A DNA stretch of 64,000 bases from Octopus sinensis (Eukaryota): NCBI RefSeq assembly GCF_006345805.1, contig NC_043021.1:17298001-17362000 (forward strand). The letters run 5' to 3'. Numbering within the stretch: the first letter of the stretch is position 1; each line of letters opens with the position of its first letter. The notes beneath the pieces are model-generated. The model did not search any database. It was not told the origin of the DNA and saw only the letters and a list, made by a program, of their open reading frames with translations. Below, piece by piece: positions 1 through 14,455 of this stretch. Both the position numbers and the translations under genes were made by a program.

Positions 1-363
1 AACACCCTCCTCACCAAGTAAGCTTGGTGGGGTTGCCGGTTTAGACGCCGACGGCCCGACCATGCAACAGGTTGTACTGGGTTACATGTTACCAGTAGCA
101 CACGAAAGTGACCTGACATGTACAAATATATATACAAACATACATATAAATATACATACATATATATATATATATGTATGTATATATATATATATATAAT
201 ATATATATATATAATATATATATATATATTATATATATATATATATAATATATATATATACATACATACATACACACATATATATATATATAAGAATTAA
301 ATACATACATACACACACACCACACACACACATATATATATATATATACATACATACATACAT

Positions 364-433
<70 letters not shown>

Positions 434-1199
434 GTATGTATGTATTTAATTCTTATATAATCAAAAATTACACTGTTTGAAAGGTATTTGTAGAAAATTT
501 CTTCGAAACAAATATCCATTTTTTTGTTTTAAGTGACGAGGAAACAAAATGCGAGGTGAGGGACACACATCATGTCCGGATGTCAATATACCTCTAGGAA
601 GTTATAAAGAAACAAAATCGAAGGAGTAATTATGCCAAATTGTTATATACAAAAATAAAATATTAAGCTTTTTTCTTACTTCTGTTTGGAGTTATTTCTT
701 CTAAAACGAGCGGCAACGTGTTGACACGCCATAGCGTGAATGTCGTCTGCTTTGTTTGAATGTCGTCTGCTTGTTTCATTTAATGACGTGATGATATATA
801 TCCTTTAAACAGTGTTCCTTTTATTTTTCTCTGTTGTATTTTATTCTATCTTATTTTAATTTTTAATAAAAAAGTGTCTAAATTTATTGAAATAAATAAG
901 TTAACACCGGATAAGAAAGCAAAAGAGGAAAAATAAAAAAAAAAACATTGTTATAAACTATCACAATAACAATTTTTATTCTCTAACTCTCGCTTTGCTC
1001 TGTCGTTTGACACCAGCACAACTTATATCGAATGTGTGTGTGTGTGTATGAATATGTGTATGTGTGTATGTGTGTGTATGTGTGTGTGTGTTTACCTATT
1101 ATTATTGTTTAGTAAATAAACTACGGCCGTGCTGGAGCACCACTTTCAAGAATTTTAGGCACACCAACACAAATATGTCCCCCCCACCCACCTCACCCC

Positions 1200-1862
1200 A
1201 ATTTTGTTTCTTCATAACGTCCAGAAAAATGAATATTCTTCAATAATAGTTTTCTGCAAGTACGCTTTGGATAATGTAAATTCCAAATACATCGTAATTT
1301 GCTTTGGAAAGGAATATTTCCCAAGGCTAGGGAGAAGAATTTCTGTAAATTCAAACGAATCGGCTTTGTTTCCTCATAACATTTAGAAAAATGGATATTT
1401 TGTAACTGAAATTTTCTACAAATACCCATCAGATAATGTAGATTACCATTATATCGGAATTTAATTGGAAAAATAAAGTTCTTGGGCACGTACAGATACA
1501 TACTCACATACGTCGCAATTTTCTTCGAAATTTCAAGTTTTATTTCGTAGATGTCGTGTGTCAGTATGTATGTTGTGCCAGCCGACCAATTAATTTTCAT
1601 ATTAAATTCCGATATAATCATCATCTACTCCATCTGAACGGTATTTGTAAAAAATTTCATTAAAAAATATCCGTTTTTCTGAAAGTTATGAGGGGGAAAA
1701 AGCCGACTCGTGTGAATTTTCCGAAATTCCTCTCCTTGTTCTAGGAAACATTTTTTCCAAAACAAATTCCGATGTAGTTGGCATCTACACCATCTGAAGC
1801 GCATTTGTAGAAAACTCCATTGAAGGATATCCATTTCTCTGGAAGTTATGAGGAAACAAAGT
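1200..1862. mobile_element. Foldback-like element: long inverted arms, each built from ~170-bp tandem subrepeats
   Basis: tttgtttc(t/c)tcataac..gaaaaatg.ata repeated twice at 1203 and 1365, mirrored at 1620-1861; a related fragment lies at ~475-630. Confidence 0.6.
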
Positions 1863-2544
1863 CAAGTGGAGGGCACACTTGTGTTTTTATATCTAATTCC
1901 AGCACTGCCCATCACTTGTTTTTGGTTTTTACAAACCCGGGACACTTATTTTATCATCATCATCATCACCACCACCACCACCACACCACCACCACCACCA
2001 CCACCACCACCACCACCACACCATCATCATCATCATCATCATCATCATTATTTTTTTTTTTACCGAACTATTAAGTTACGGGGACATAAACACAGCAGCA
2101 CCATTCGTCAAGAGGTGGTGGAACACACACACATCCGGGATCGAATCCGGAACTATGTGGTTGGAGAACAAACATTTTATCGCACAGCTGCGCCTGCTCC
2201 TCTATGTATGTGTGGGAATTTTGCTCAAATTCTGCCGAGGTTGGATTCAATAGAAAAAAAAAATAACAGTCAACTACTGGAGTCGATGAAATCGATTTGT
2301 TCCCTTCCTTCAGTATTGCTGGCTTTGGGTCAAAATTAGCTCTAATTGATTTTAGTCATTGGACTGCAGCCATGCTGATATACAGCTTTGAAGGGTCTTA
2401 ATCGAACTAATTCATCCCAGGACTTACTTTTTCTGTTTTAAGCCTCGTACTTATTCCATCGACTATTTTTAACCGAACCGCCAAGTTATGGGGACATAAA
2501 CACACCAACACTGGTTGTCAAGCGGGAGTGGAGGGACATATTTA

Positions 2545-2855
2545 TCTTTATATATAAAACTTAAGTTGTGTGTGTGAGAGTCTGTCTACTCCGATTTAGA
2601 TTCCTAACTACTCCCACATTTTGCGGTGCAGTTTAACCAAAAGCGGGTATCTTATAGTCGTGATTCATATCGAGCCCTTCTGGGTATTAGCGCGCGTCTA
2701 CGATGAGTCTACGATTAAAAAAAAAATTACCATAATTTTTTTCGTTTTTTTTAATGCATTTTTTACTCGGTTTTATATAAGGGAAGTAACTCTCTAAAAA
2801 TGCTTATATAGTTATTTCCCTTACAAATCCGAGCAACGCCGGGTGATACTACTAG
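2545..2855 (+). mobile_element. Non-autonomous Helitron-type element
   Basis: Inserted between A and T; 5' TC, 3' ccgagcaacgccggg hairpin then CTAG. Confidence 0.7.
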
Positions 2856-3059
2856 TATAATATATACAACAGGCTACTTTCAGTTTCCGTCTGCCAAATC
2901 CGCTCACAAGGCTTTGATCAATTTGAGGCTATAGTAGAAGACACTTGCCCAAGGTGTCACGCAGTGGGAATGAACCCAGAATCATGTACTTGGGGAGCAA
3001 ACGTCTTAAAACGCATCCACGCCTACGTCTATTATTTAACATATTTCATTTTCAGTTCA

Positions 3060-3341
3060 TTTTTTTTTCTTTGGAAATATATTTCTCTCGAATCTTGCGA
3101 CAAAAATTTGCAGCCTTATCTTCGGCAAAATACCTATTGCTCCAATCTTTATAAAACCTCTGACACTCTCCATTTCTTGCAAATTTGTTGGTATAAGACA
3201 GTCATGTGCAGTTTGCAGCCTGCGAGACCTTCTGAATGGCACACTTAAGAAAAATTACCATCAGGTTTTTAGTAATGCGGCCTGACTAATGATGACCATG
3301 TTTCGTGTGGGCCGCTTCTCGAAAAAGGTTGCCCATGCCTG
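3060..3341 (-). mobile_element. hAT-type DNA transposon end remnant
   Basis: Terminus CAGGCATGGGCAACC; decayed GECQRFYKDWSNRYF resembles SPIN/GTF2IRD2-type N-termini. Confidence 0.4.
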
Positions 3342-4029
3342 ACATTAGAGATGGCTCCTACACCAATATATTTGGGCTTATCTATTTTAAGGTATTCGCA
3401 GGCAATGGGTAAAGGGTAAAGGCCCCACTTCGATCATGAATGACCATGGGGTTGCGTCTAGAAAGTTCCCCTCCGAGGCACAAGTCACCCATGCACACGA
3501 GCCTTCCGTCTCCACGTCACCGATGTTATCCAAGGGAAAAGCAAAGGGGCCGATACAGCTTGGCACCAGTGACGTCGTAACTAATTTCTACAAACGAGTG
3601 AAATAAAGGGTTTCTTAAACAACTATACTTAGTCGCCAAATCTCCCTCAAAATCATATCCTGCCTTTGTTTAAAAAAGGGACACGTTATAATGTGTAAAC
3701 TTAGGTACACTATACTTGAAAAAAACCCCAAAAACTACTATCCGGTATGTCAGCATAAGTGCTTTTACGCAGTGTCTCATCCTGCTAGAAATAACAGCCA
3801 AATCTTCCTGAAATCACATTCTAAACTTCTTGAAAAAGAGCATGCCAAATAATGTGTTTAATTTCGCTGAATTGATGAAAAGAGAGGCTGCTCACGATTG
3901 GAATGCTTTTGATCATAGTAGTTTAAACTGCTAGAAATAACAACTACATCTCTCTCAAATCAAAACCTTGTGTCTTAAACGCAGGGAAGTAAATATTATT
4001 CAACGTAGCGTTGTATATATGGAGAGGCG

Positions 4030-4530
4030 AGGCGGTATGGTAGAAATGTCTTCATTCATTGGTGTGCTGAGTCACGCCTGGCTGGAGCCAATCAACAGAA
4101 AGTATCAGTCGAACCAATTCTACTATATGGCTCAGAAACCTGGACGTTATCAAAGAAGCTTGAGAGGCGGTTGGATGGAACCTACACTCGCTTCCTTATG
4201 AGAGCTCAAAATCTCTCGTGGAAGCGTCATCCAACCAAAATGCAAATATATGGGAAACTACCTCCTGTGTCATCTCTTGTGAAAGGTAGGAGAGTCCAGT
4301 TTGCTGGACATTGTTGTAGAGCTGGAAACGGGGTAATTTCTACTCTTCTTCTCTGGAAGCCATCTACTCGCGATACCAGAGGGCGCACACTCTCCTACCC
4401 TGATGTAATCTCCAGGAATACAGGCATCCAGCAACAGGACCTCCGTAATGCTATGATGGACCGTGAAGTCTGGCATAGCATGGTAAATTCCATTGTCTCA
4501 ACCACGGTCGATGATAATGATGATGAAAGT
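4030..4530 (+). mobile_element. RTE-like LINE 3' remnant
   Basis: YTRFLMRAQNLSWKRHPTK..RRVQFAGHCCR..LLLWKP..DREVW; ends in a GAT-type microsatellite tail. Confidence 0.75.
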
Positions 4531-5198
4531 ATCACAAGTTTAAATTAGGAACTCTAGCGTAAAGGTGCGTGGCATATTGGTTAAGATATTCGGGTCATGA
4601 TCGTTTGGTTATGAATTCGACACCTAGCAGCGCATTGATGCAAAAATGAGTGGTATCTGTAATTCAAAGGACCGGCCTTGTAACATTTAGCATTTCTCTG
4701 AATCTTCCCGAGAACTGCATTAAGGGTACGTGTGTCTGTGAGGTGCTCAGCCACTTGCATTTTAATTTCGCTGACAGGCGGTTCTATTGATCGAATCGAC
4801 TGGAAACCTGATCGTCGCAACCGACGGAGTTCCAGTATCTTATTCCGTATCTTATGAACAAATGGGCGGAATTCTGCTTAAGCACCCCATATAACCTCTC
4901 CGTGTGGTAAGTAGCTTGCTAATGAACCACACGGTTTCGGGTTCAGTCCCACTGCGTGGCACCTTGGGCAAGTGTCTTCTACTATAGCCTCGGGCCGGCC
5001 AAAGCCTTGTGAGTGGATTTGGTAGACGGAAACTGAAAAAGATGTTTTATAAACTAAGCCTTAATATATATTAAATACAAAAACTCAATGAATTAAAAAC
5101 ATATTTTCTATTTCATTTCAACAATGTTACTCTTAACATCAAACCCAATTCCCCCTACATTTTTGCTATATTTATTTAATAACTCTCTCTCTCTCTCT

Positions 5199-5807
5199 GG
5201 GACAGTGAAACTGTCCTGCACGCGATTGTGCAATGCCCCAAGGTGACTGAACTCTGGGCTTATGTCGAACACCTGCTGTCGCATTCGAGAAGAGTACAAC
5301 TGTCGAGCGAATCTGTAATGAAGATAGTTCCGCCGACCTCCCTGAATAGGGAGGAGCGAGCCTGTTTTCTCTCGGTAGTTGCTATGGCGAAAGAAGTAGT
5401 GTGGAAGACGAGAGTAAAAGGAATTGCAACAGGCATGTTTATCTCCAGTCTCGAGCTAATCGACTTTTTCGTTTTCCACATGAAACGGAAAATAAGGCTG
5501 GAGAAGAAATGCCTGTCGCAAAGTGTCTTTCGTAAAAGATGGAAGTCTACAGCAAGTATGTTGCGAGTGAAAGAACCTGTTTAATCGAGAATATAAAAAA
5601 AGGAGAAAGCAAAGTCTTCAGTGTGAGTATGTGGTTTGTGGGGTCAACCGCGTCCTCCGCTTCATTTTTTGTTAATCACTCATTATCATTTAATTGTATA
5701 TATTTTAATTGTTTGTTTATTCATACGTTTTGTCTCATTCGATACCCTGACCCCCAACGTTTGTTTTGTCCCCTCTTTTTCTCAACCTTATGGTGAATAA
5801 AGAAATA
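5199..5807 (+). mobile_element. Tx1/L1-clade LINE 3' end inserted in a (CT)n tract
   Basis: ETVLHAIVQCP..LW zinc-knuckle remnant, pyrimidine-rich 3' UTR, AATAAA; (CT)n on both sides (5183-5198 and 5808-5829). Confidence 0.75.
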
Positions 5808-6738
5808 CTCTCTCTCTCTCTCTCTCTCTATTTCTCATTCCACTTCGGTCTGTACAGTGAAGTCGATGCCTTTCTGCAACACAAACACCCTCAGACTCAA
5901 TGGCTTCTCTCGTATGGCCACTTAAACGATTCCCTGCCAAGATCTATCAGTTCTCGTTCTTGTTACTCATTATATTCACGAGGATGATCTTGGACGAATC
6001 CTCGGTATCTTAGCTTGGTCATTAATCCACTTTTACATTCACCTCTCGACAACGTATCGTTCGTTCTTTATAATATCTAATACTCACATATTTACCGACA
6101 CTTTTCAGGGGAAACAACTCTCTAATTTTAATAAAATCTAAACTGAATTGTCTCCCTTGAACCTTTTTTTCGTCGTCTCGGTAATTAATTTGAGACCAAG
6201 CTTAAACAACCCTTTTTGAGAAGTGGGCCGCATTAGACCTGGTTTATCACGAGGTGGGCCACACTACTAAAAGAAATCCAAGGAATGGTTTTGTTGGCCT
6301 TTCATACGGTAAGTCTCGCAAGCTGCACTTTGCTTATGGCTGCTCTAAAGTGTAGAATCGGGCCGCATTAGACCATGTTTATCATCAAACGGGCCGCACT
6401 AGTTCTGAGAAAAAAAATGAAAAAGGGTTGAATGTAATTTTTCGTTAAGCACACCATGCAGAAAGTCCGGTGGGCTGTAGATTTCCCCCAATATCATTTT
6501 AGATATTGATTGCTCTCTTCACAAATGAAGAATTATTTGAATTAGTCAAAAATGTCTTGGTTGGTCGCTATACTAATGCTTACTTTACTCTTAAGTTTTC
6601 GAGCAGCAGGTGGCCGTGAGTGCTTTCCACCAGTGACGTTGAGGAGAGGTGCATGATCGTGATCCTTGTTTGCCAGTCATTACTGGATCATGAAAATTGT
6701 GTTAGGTGACAGCAAAGTTATATAACAACAACAACAAC

Positions 6739-6786
<48 letters not shown>

Positions 6787-7059
6787 CCTACGCAAAATAC
6801 TCTCTATGTAATCCCAAGGTTTAAAACAAACTTTTTTTTATTTATTTATTTTATTTTATTTTATTTTATTTATTTTTTAAAAATTTTATTTTATTTTTAT
6901 GTATTAGACATTCACTAGTACAACACCAAAAAAAAACAAAAACAAAAAACCCCCCCAAATATATGGCACAGAACTTCCAACCTGTTGTCTCTTGAGGTCT
7001 CTGGGTGAGACTTGGAGCCAACTTATACAGACATAAAGCAAAAGTCAAACATAGAATAA

Positions 7060-8103
7060 TAATAATAATAATCATCATCATCATCATCATCATCATATAA
7101 TAAAATTATTGTGTATAGTGCTCAGGTGCACTACAACTTATCAGAGGTGCATGTATAGTGCATAGAATTATGTAGAAATGCCAGGAAAGGGAACAGTTTA
7201 TGAGTCATGATATACATGTGTGCATGCGTATGGAGGGGGAAGGGTGTCAGGTGTAGTGTTGGCGAATTTTGAGGAAGCATGGAGGTTTTAAAGGATTCAA
7301 TGTCTCGGCAACTAACAAATGATGCGGGTAGCTTGTTCTGTGCTTCAGCAAAACTCTGAGTGTGAAAGCATGTTTCTGAAACTCAAGGGAGCTGTGCTGT
7401 TTTCTGATTTAGTGGGAATGCCCACATGTGTTAGACACATGGAGCTCAAAAAGGTGCTCAAGGTGGTTGTTAGCAACATGGTCAATAATTTTGTGGGTGT
7501 TTATCAAGTCAGTTGCCAGACATCGGAACTTCAGTGTATCTATAACTAGGTAAGCAAGGCGTCCAAAGTATGGTAGATGCCTGTCGGAGGGTATTCGCTT
7601 GGTTGCACGTCTCTGAGCAGTTTCCAGGAGGTCAATATCCTGAGCAAGATTTGCCTCACCAGTTCCAGACTGGTGATGCAAATTCCAAGTGTGGCCGCGC
7701 TATAGCCATATATAGCCTTAAATAGATAGCTGGAGAGCGACTGACAAAGGTCTTACTGTGTGATGCCAAGACACCCTCAGCCTTCTTGACCATTTTAGAG
7801 ATGTGTTTTGTCCAGTGCAAAATGATGCTGACAGTAATGCCCAGGTTACGTCCACAAGAAGTTTCCTTGATATTAGTGTTGCGGAGAGAGTGTGTGGAAG
7901 CTGGGATTTTCCTCCCAAAATGTATGGTGATACACTTGTCCACAGCCAGCTTGAGATGCCTGTCTGTGATCCATTGTTGCATTGTATCCGGGTCCGATTG
8001 CAGGAAAGATCTATAGCGTTCAGGGTCTGTCCTTTTCATCTCAAGGTTCAGCTTGATGTCATCTGTGGCATTCCTTAAGTTGGCATCTATGTCATTAATG
8101 ACT
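7060..8103 (-). mobile_element. CR1-type LINE, 5'-truncated RT and C-terminus
   Basis: INDID..DDIKL; DKC..IHFGRK; LY.AIARPHLEFASPVWN; LETAQRRATKRIP; (ATT/ATG)n tail. Confidence 0.85.
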
Positions 8104-9234
8104 GTTTTTCCTTCTCTCCGGTTCTCAGCATGCGGTTTCGTCTCAGTGTCCAGCTTCTCGATGAAGATTCTGGCATCGACTGGTAAGCAATGACGGTAAG
8201 ATGATAAGAATTGGGTGGGCTAAAATTAATTTCTGACGGATCCCGACCTAATGTTTGGATACTCAAAGCGTGGGAGGCAACACGAAAATACTAAATTTGA
8301 AAGTTGTGTTCCCCTACAATAAGTACCTTTAATACTAGGTAATCTCGGAGAGAAAGAGAGAGGGAGAGAGAGAGAGGGGGGAGAGGGGAGAGAGAGAGGG
8401 AGGGAGAGACTTAGAGAGAGAGTGAGAATGGCAGAGAGACTTAGAGTGAGAGCGACCAAATTATGAATCGATCCCAGTTCGTGATTAGCAATTTATTTAT
8501 CGTTTGCAGCGCGGAAGACTCAAGTGAGCCATTCAGAGACACAAAAAGACTGCCAACTCCACTTAAACATTTTCTTGGACGCAGGCGTGTGTGTGTGTGG
8601 TAAGAAGTTTTGCCTCCCAAACACACGGTTCCGGGTTCAGTCCCACTGCGTGGCACCTACAGCAAGTGTCTCTTGCCATAGCTTCGAACTGACAAAAACC
8701 TTCTGAGTGGATTTGATAGACGAAAACTGAAAGAAGCCCGTCGTACACACACACACACACACACACACACGCAAACACACACACGCACACATACACACAC
8801 ACACGCACACACACACACACACACACACATGTATGTATATATATTTATGTGTGCGTGTCTTTGTGTCAATTACATCGACCCCAGTGTTCAACTGGTACTT
8901 AATTTATCGACCCCGAATGGATGAAAGGCAAAGTCGACCTCGGCGGAATTCGAACTCAGAACGTAGCGGCAGACAATATGCCGCTAAGCATTTTGCCCTG
9001 CGTGCTAACGATTCTGCCAGCTTGTCTCCTTAGTGAATATAATAATGATATATAAAACATTTTCATATCAAGTTTTGGCTTAGAGAAGAACGATTCAGAA
9101 TGAAGGCGAGGGATGTCCACGTCGGGTAAAGGCCCCCCCCTTTTTTTTTTACCTGATAAGGGACAAGCAGCCTTGGGTATTTGGTCGCAGGAAAAAAAAT
9201 TCAATTCTGTGTTTGGCGCTGTCCAATCATGATT

Positions 9235-9560
9235 CATCTGTCATCTTTTTTCGCCTCAAGATCAGTCTTGAGTGCTTTCTCGAAGGAAAAAGGCAGCGTG
9301 GCGAATGATGCGACGCCAGACTTTGTGACAGGTGGCTATAGTTGACCACAAGCGAAGGTCAGTGTGACAGGCATCAGTGTAATTCTTCAAGAAGTTCTTC
9401 TGCCGTTTCTTTGCTATTCCTCTGTCACTGTAGCCAGTGGATGGTAGATACTTCGTCAAACCTAGCTGTCATAATAGACAGGCCATCATCCTTTGTCTTA
9501 GAAATGTTCCCTGCTCAACCCAGACGTAATTTTATCAATATTACTCAACATCAATACTGC
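9235..9560 (-). mobile_element. RTE LINE 3' remnant
   Basis: DRGIAKKRQKNFLK..W...A....WRRII pattern, degraded. Confidence 0.6.
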
Positions 9561-10249
9561 TAACATCATCCTATTTGGAGGATTTCAATGTTACCAGCAA
9601 AGTTATTCCGGTGAAGGTCGAGGATGGATGGACAGGGCTGAGTGCAGCACAAATAGACGCGCTCAATGAACCGTCGTAGGGGTGACAGTAGGTAAACCAC
9701 GACTCAAAAACCATTTAAGGGAATGGAAAGTACAACGGATCTGCGTACGTTGGTCTTTGTTATTTCTTTAGATATCAGTTATTCTGGACACTTTTGTAGA
9801 GTCAATATTTCATCATCCAAGGCGAGCTAACAGACTTGTTCGCACGCCGGACAAAATGCTTACCGGCATTTCGTCCGTCTTTACGTTCTGAGTTAAAATT
9901 CCCCTGAAGTCGACTTTGTCTTTTATCCTTTCGGGGTCGATAAATTAAGTACCAGTTGCGTCCTGGGGTCGATATAATCGACTGGACCTCTACCCCCAAA
10001 ATTTCGGGCCTTGTGCCTAGAGTAGAAAAGAATATTTCATCACCCAAGGCGATCTAACAGAATTGTTCACACGCCGGACAAAATGCTTACCGGCATTTCG
10101 TCCGTCTTTACGTTCTGAGTTAAAATTCCGCTGAGGTCGTCTTTACCTTTCATCCTTTCAGGGTCGATAAAATAAAGTATCAGTTGAGAACTGGGGGGAA
10201 ATGAAATCGACTTTGCCCCCTCTTCCGAACTTACTGGCCATGTGCTAAA

Positions 10250-10430
10250 ATTTGAAACCGATATTTCAGTCTCCAATAGCTGTTGACGCTCTACAAAGCA
10301 GAAATGAAATCCGCATGGGGTACTGTTTCCATATTTGGGACACTGAAATCCAGGATAGCATCCAAAGAAGGGCCAGTCCACTGATTGGCATTCGACCACA
10401 AAGGGACACACTCCAACCTCTGGTTTATTG
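10250..10430 (+). mobile_element. L2/Jockey-group LINE C-terminal remnant
   Basis: LLTLYKA.IR.GYCFHIWD..DSIQRRA..LIG..TLQPL, degraded. Confidence 0.5.
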
Positions 10431-11558
10431 CCCTAACGTCTTCCCTTTCTGTTTTTTTTTTGTTTGCTATTATAATGGCCTGCGTTCTTTAGAACTGGCT
10501 GGACTCATCCCTCCACTCCTCGGGTACCCACTTATATCTCCACATTTCTTCACCCTTTTTGCGCCAAACCCTCTCCGGCCCCATATTCGTCAGTAACCCA
10601 GTCCTTTTTCCCCAGACCAATCACCCCTCTGGAGTCCTCACACACCTCGTCATATCTTCTTTGCAGTTATTGACCCCCACATTTTAAACAGCAACAAACT
10701 CAACGATCTCAGGGACCCTACAAAGGCTATGGGCTCTACCCCATCATCCAGACACAACTAATAAAAATATGTGGCTGTGTGGTAAGTAGCTTGCTAACCA
10801 ACCACATGGTTCCGGGTTCAGTCCCACTGCGTGGCATCTTGGGCAAGTCTCTTCTGCTATAGCCCCGGGCCGACCAATGCCTTGTGAGTGGATTTGGTAG
10901 ACGGAAACTGAAAGAAGCCTGTCGTATATATGTATATATATATATATATATGTATGTGTATGTGTGTCTGTGTCTGTCTCCCTAGCATTGCTTGACAACC
11001 GATGCTGGTGTGTTTGCGTCCCCGTCACTTAGCGGTTCGGCAAAAAGAGACCGATAGAATAAGTACTGGGCTTACAAAAGAATAAGTCCCGGGGTCGATT
11101 TGCTCGACTGAAGGCGGTGCTCCAGCATGGCCGCAGTCAAATGACTGAAACAAGTAAAAGAGAGTAAAGATAAATAAGAAATTTCTATAAAACAAAATCC
11201 TCAACTGTCTTGGCCTCGTATGCGATCCTGCAACCAAGATATCTGAACTGGTAAACAACCATCAATTCAGTTAGAACGATAATGGTTCAGGGAGAACGGC
11301 AACCTTTTATTATGGCACTTAAATATCTTATTTTTTGATAACAGACAATTATTGGCGAATAATTGATTCTAGGAATGTTATCTTGGTTGTAAGTTTTTTT
11401 ATTATTCACCACAAAACAACACCTGGACGTCATCAAATCGCATCAAAACATTTTCTAAACGACGGCACCTGATCATAATGGAGCCGCATAAATAGGGGAA
11501 CCGGACATTAAGTTTACAAGCAAATGCTTGTGTGTTTGGGCGTGTTTAAGAGTTTGTG

Positions 11559-11589
<31 letters not shown>

Positions 11590-11681
11590 ATATGTGTGTG
11601 TGTCTGTGTGTGTGTGTGTATGTGTGTGTGTGAGTGTGTGTGTGTGTGTGTTTGTGGGTGTGTGTGTGTGTGTATGTGTGC

Positions 11682-11730
<49 letters not shown>

Positions 11731-12189
11731 TAACGTTGGTAATCCGGGAGCTAGAAAGGAAGAACAATTTATCAAACCAACTTTTGTTCAATTATCTACA
11801 ACTGTTGAACGTAAATGGTGAGCGGATCCCGGTAGTTATACACACATACATACACACATACACACACATACGTACATACATACATACATACATACACACA
11901 TACACATACACACACATACGTACATACATACATACATACATACATACATACATACATACATACACATACATACATACATACACACATACATACATACATA
12001 CATACATACACATACATACATACATACACATACATACATACACACACATACATACATACATACATACACACATACATACATACATACATACATACATACA
12101 TACATACGTACATACATACATACATACACACACACACCTACATACATACATACACACGCACATACATACACACACATACATATACACAA

Positions 12190-12221
<32 letters not shown>

Positions 12222-12506
12222 TTAAATGTATATATGTATATGCATATATTATATAGCTGTGTGTGTGGGCGTGTGTTTGTGTGTGTGTGTAATCAATAAG
12301 TTGATAATGCGGTATGTACAAAGGAAAAATAATTTAAGAAGCCAATCAACTGTCGTTCAATTATGCATAACTATTGAAATATTCAATAACAGAATGTTCA
12401 CACACACACACACACAGATACAGACACACGGACACACATACATAATATATATATATATATATATATGTATATGTGGATACATACATACATACATACATAC
12501 ATACAT

Positions 12507-12575
<69 letters not shown>

Positions 12576-12578
12576 CAT

Positions 12579-12623
<45 letters not shown>

Positions 12624-12789
12624 CATGCATACGTCGTTTATACGCCTGTCTTTGTCTTTTGTTTATGTCTAAATTTCAACTATATATATATGTGTGTGTG
12701 TATATATGTATATATATATGTGCATATATATATATATATGCACACACACACACCACACACACACACATATGTATCATATATATCGTATA

Positions 12790-13131
12790 ACCCCTAACAT
12801 TTGGCCTCCTAATTCTCCAGATCTCAATTCATTGGACTATTACATGTGAAGCGTTGTTGAGAGAGAGAGAGATCAATGAACATGCCATAATCAGAGTAAT
12901 GTCCAAAATGAACCAGGACCATTTGATTCGAGCATGTACACGATTTAGATCTCACATAGAAGCAGTTGTTGAAGCTGAAGGTTGCTTTATTGAATAACAT
13001 TATAGAAAAGAAGGTTTATTTCTATCCTCAGAGCAATTTTTGATAAATAAATTTATTATCTGTTATCATAAATCTGTTGTTTTTTTAAAGATACAAACAT
13101 AAATCTGTCCTCAAATATATTACGTACTCTG
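12790..13131 (+). mobile_element. Tc1/mariner transposase C-terminal remnant with TIR
   Basis: WPPNSPDLNSLDYYM*..RACTRFRSHIEAVVEAEGCFIE*; ends ..actctg followed by TA. Confidence 0.75.
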
Positions 13132-13689
13132 TATATGTTTGTGATTCTTATCTGCAACAGATGAGCTTGAATCGCTGCATGGAATAACATATTGAACTCG
13201 TATCATACAAATTATGACTGTGTATTCCACGAAACGTAATTATAGCGTTATACGCGCTACTATTATCAGCGTATAGACTTGTGTCTGGTTTAACCAGAAT
13301 CCTGTGTCTTATCCATCCACCCGGAGTTCAGTGATTTGAACTAATGTATTTGAGTGGATGTGTCATTACAATGTTCACAGATGGGAGAATTTACACGAGT
13401 GAAAAATTCTTTTATTCTTTTATTCTTTTACTTGTTTCAGTCGTTTGACTGCGACCATGCTGGAGCACCGCCTCTGGTCGAAGAAATCGACCCCAGGACT
13501 TCTTTGCAAGCCTAGTACCTATTCTATCGGTGTTTTTTGCCGAACCGCTAAGTAACGGGGACGTAAACACACCAGAAACATATATATATAGGGCGGCTTT
13601 TAAGCTAGCCCCTGTGGAGGGCTCTTCATTGGGCCTCGGGCCCAACAATCACACTTCATGCATTGAGTACATATTACATTTTATTAACC

Positions 13690-14350
13690 TTGAACAACAT
13701 TTTTCAAGCGATGAGCAATTTTCATCAAAACAATGATTTAGAAGCAGAAAAACCTCCTTGCACCCATTTTCAACCTCGTCCGCATTGTTGAACCTCTGTC
13801 TATGCAGGAAATGAACTTTGGCTTTTGAAAGGTGGTTATCTGGTGGTGCAAGGTCTGGCCTGTAGGCAGGGTGAGGCAGCACTTTCAACCCCTCGAGTTC
13901 CTTAAGTTTGCACATTGGCAGGGTGTACTGGGGCATTATCATGCTGTAGGAGTGCGTGTCTTCGATCGACCAATGCCGGGTAGCAGTCTTTGAAAGCATC
14001 ATATAAGCGCTGCAGTTGTTGAGCATAAAAGTTAGTGTTCACAGTACGACTATCTGGGACAAGCTCAAAATGCAAAACATGTTCTTCTGTTCAAATCGCC
14101 ATTGTTTGGCAACAGATTCTAAATCTGGCCGGAACGAAGACAGTGATTTGTCTTTTAGGATTACGAAAATAGATCCATTTTTTACTTCTAGTTACAGTTC
14201 GATGCTAAAAGACGGGAAGTTTTTTTTTTTTTTTTTTACAAATGTTCAGACGTCGTTGAACCTAGACTTTCATGAGGATCTTCTTAACAGCATTTCTTCA
14301 CAGCATCGAACTTATGGAGGTGTCGATTTCTGATGCTTTGAGAAGGACCA
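13690..14350 (-). mobile_element. Mariner transposase remnant
   Basis: LQHDNAPVH and VLPHPAYRPDLAP motifs; frameshifted. Confidence 0.8.
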
Positions 14351-14408
14351 AGTACAATATTATATATATATACATACATACATATATATATATATATGTA
14401 TATGTATG

Positions 14409-14455
<47 letters not shown>

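Noticed and set aside
13144-13250. DSYL....L...ME spacing resembling the PAK subdomain IV-V exon
   Set aside because: Stops in all frames, no acceptor at the expected position, and no similarity upstream or clearly downstream. Probably chance, though TBLASTN would settle it.
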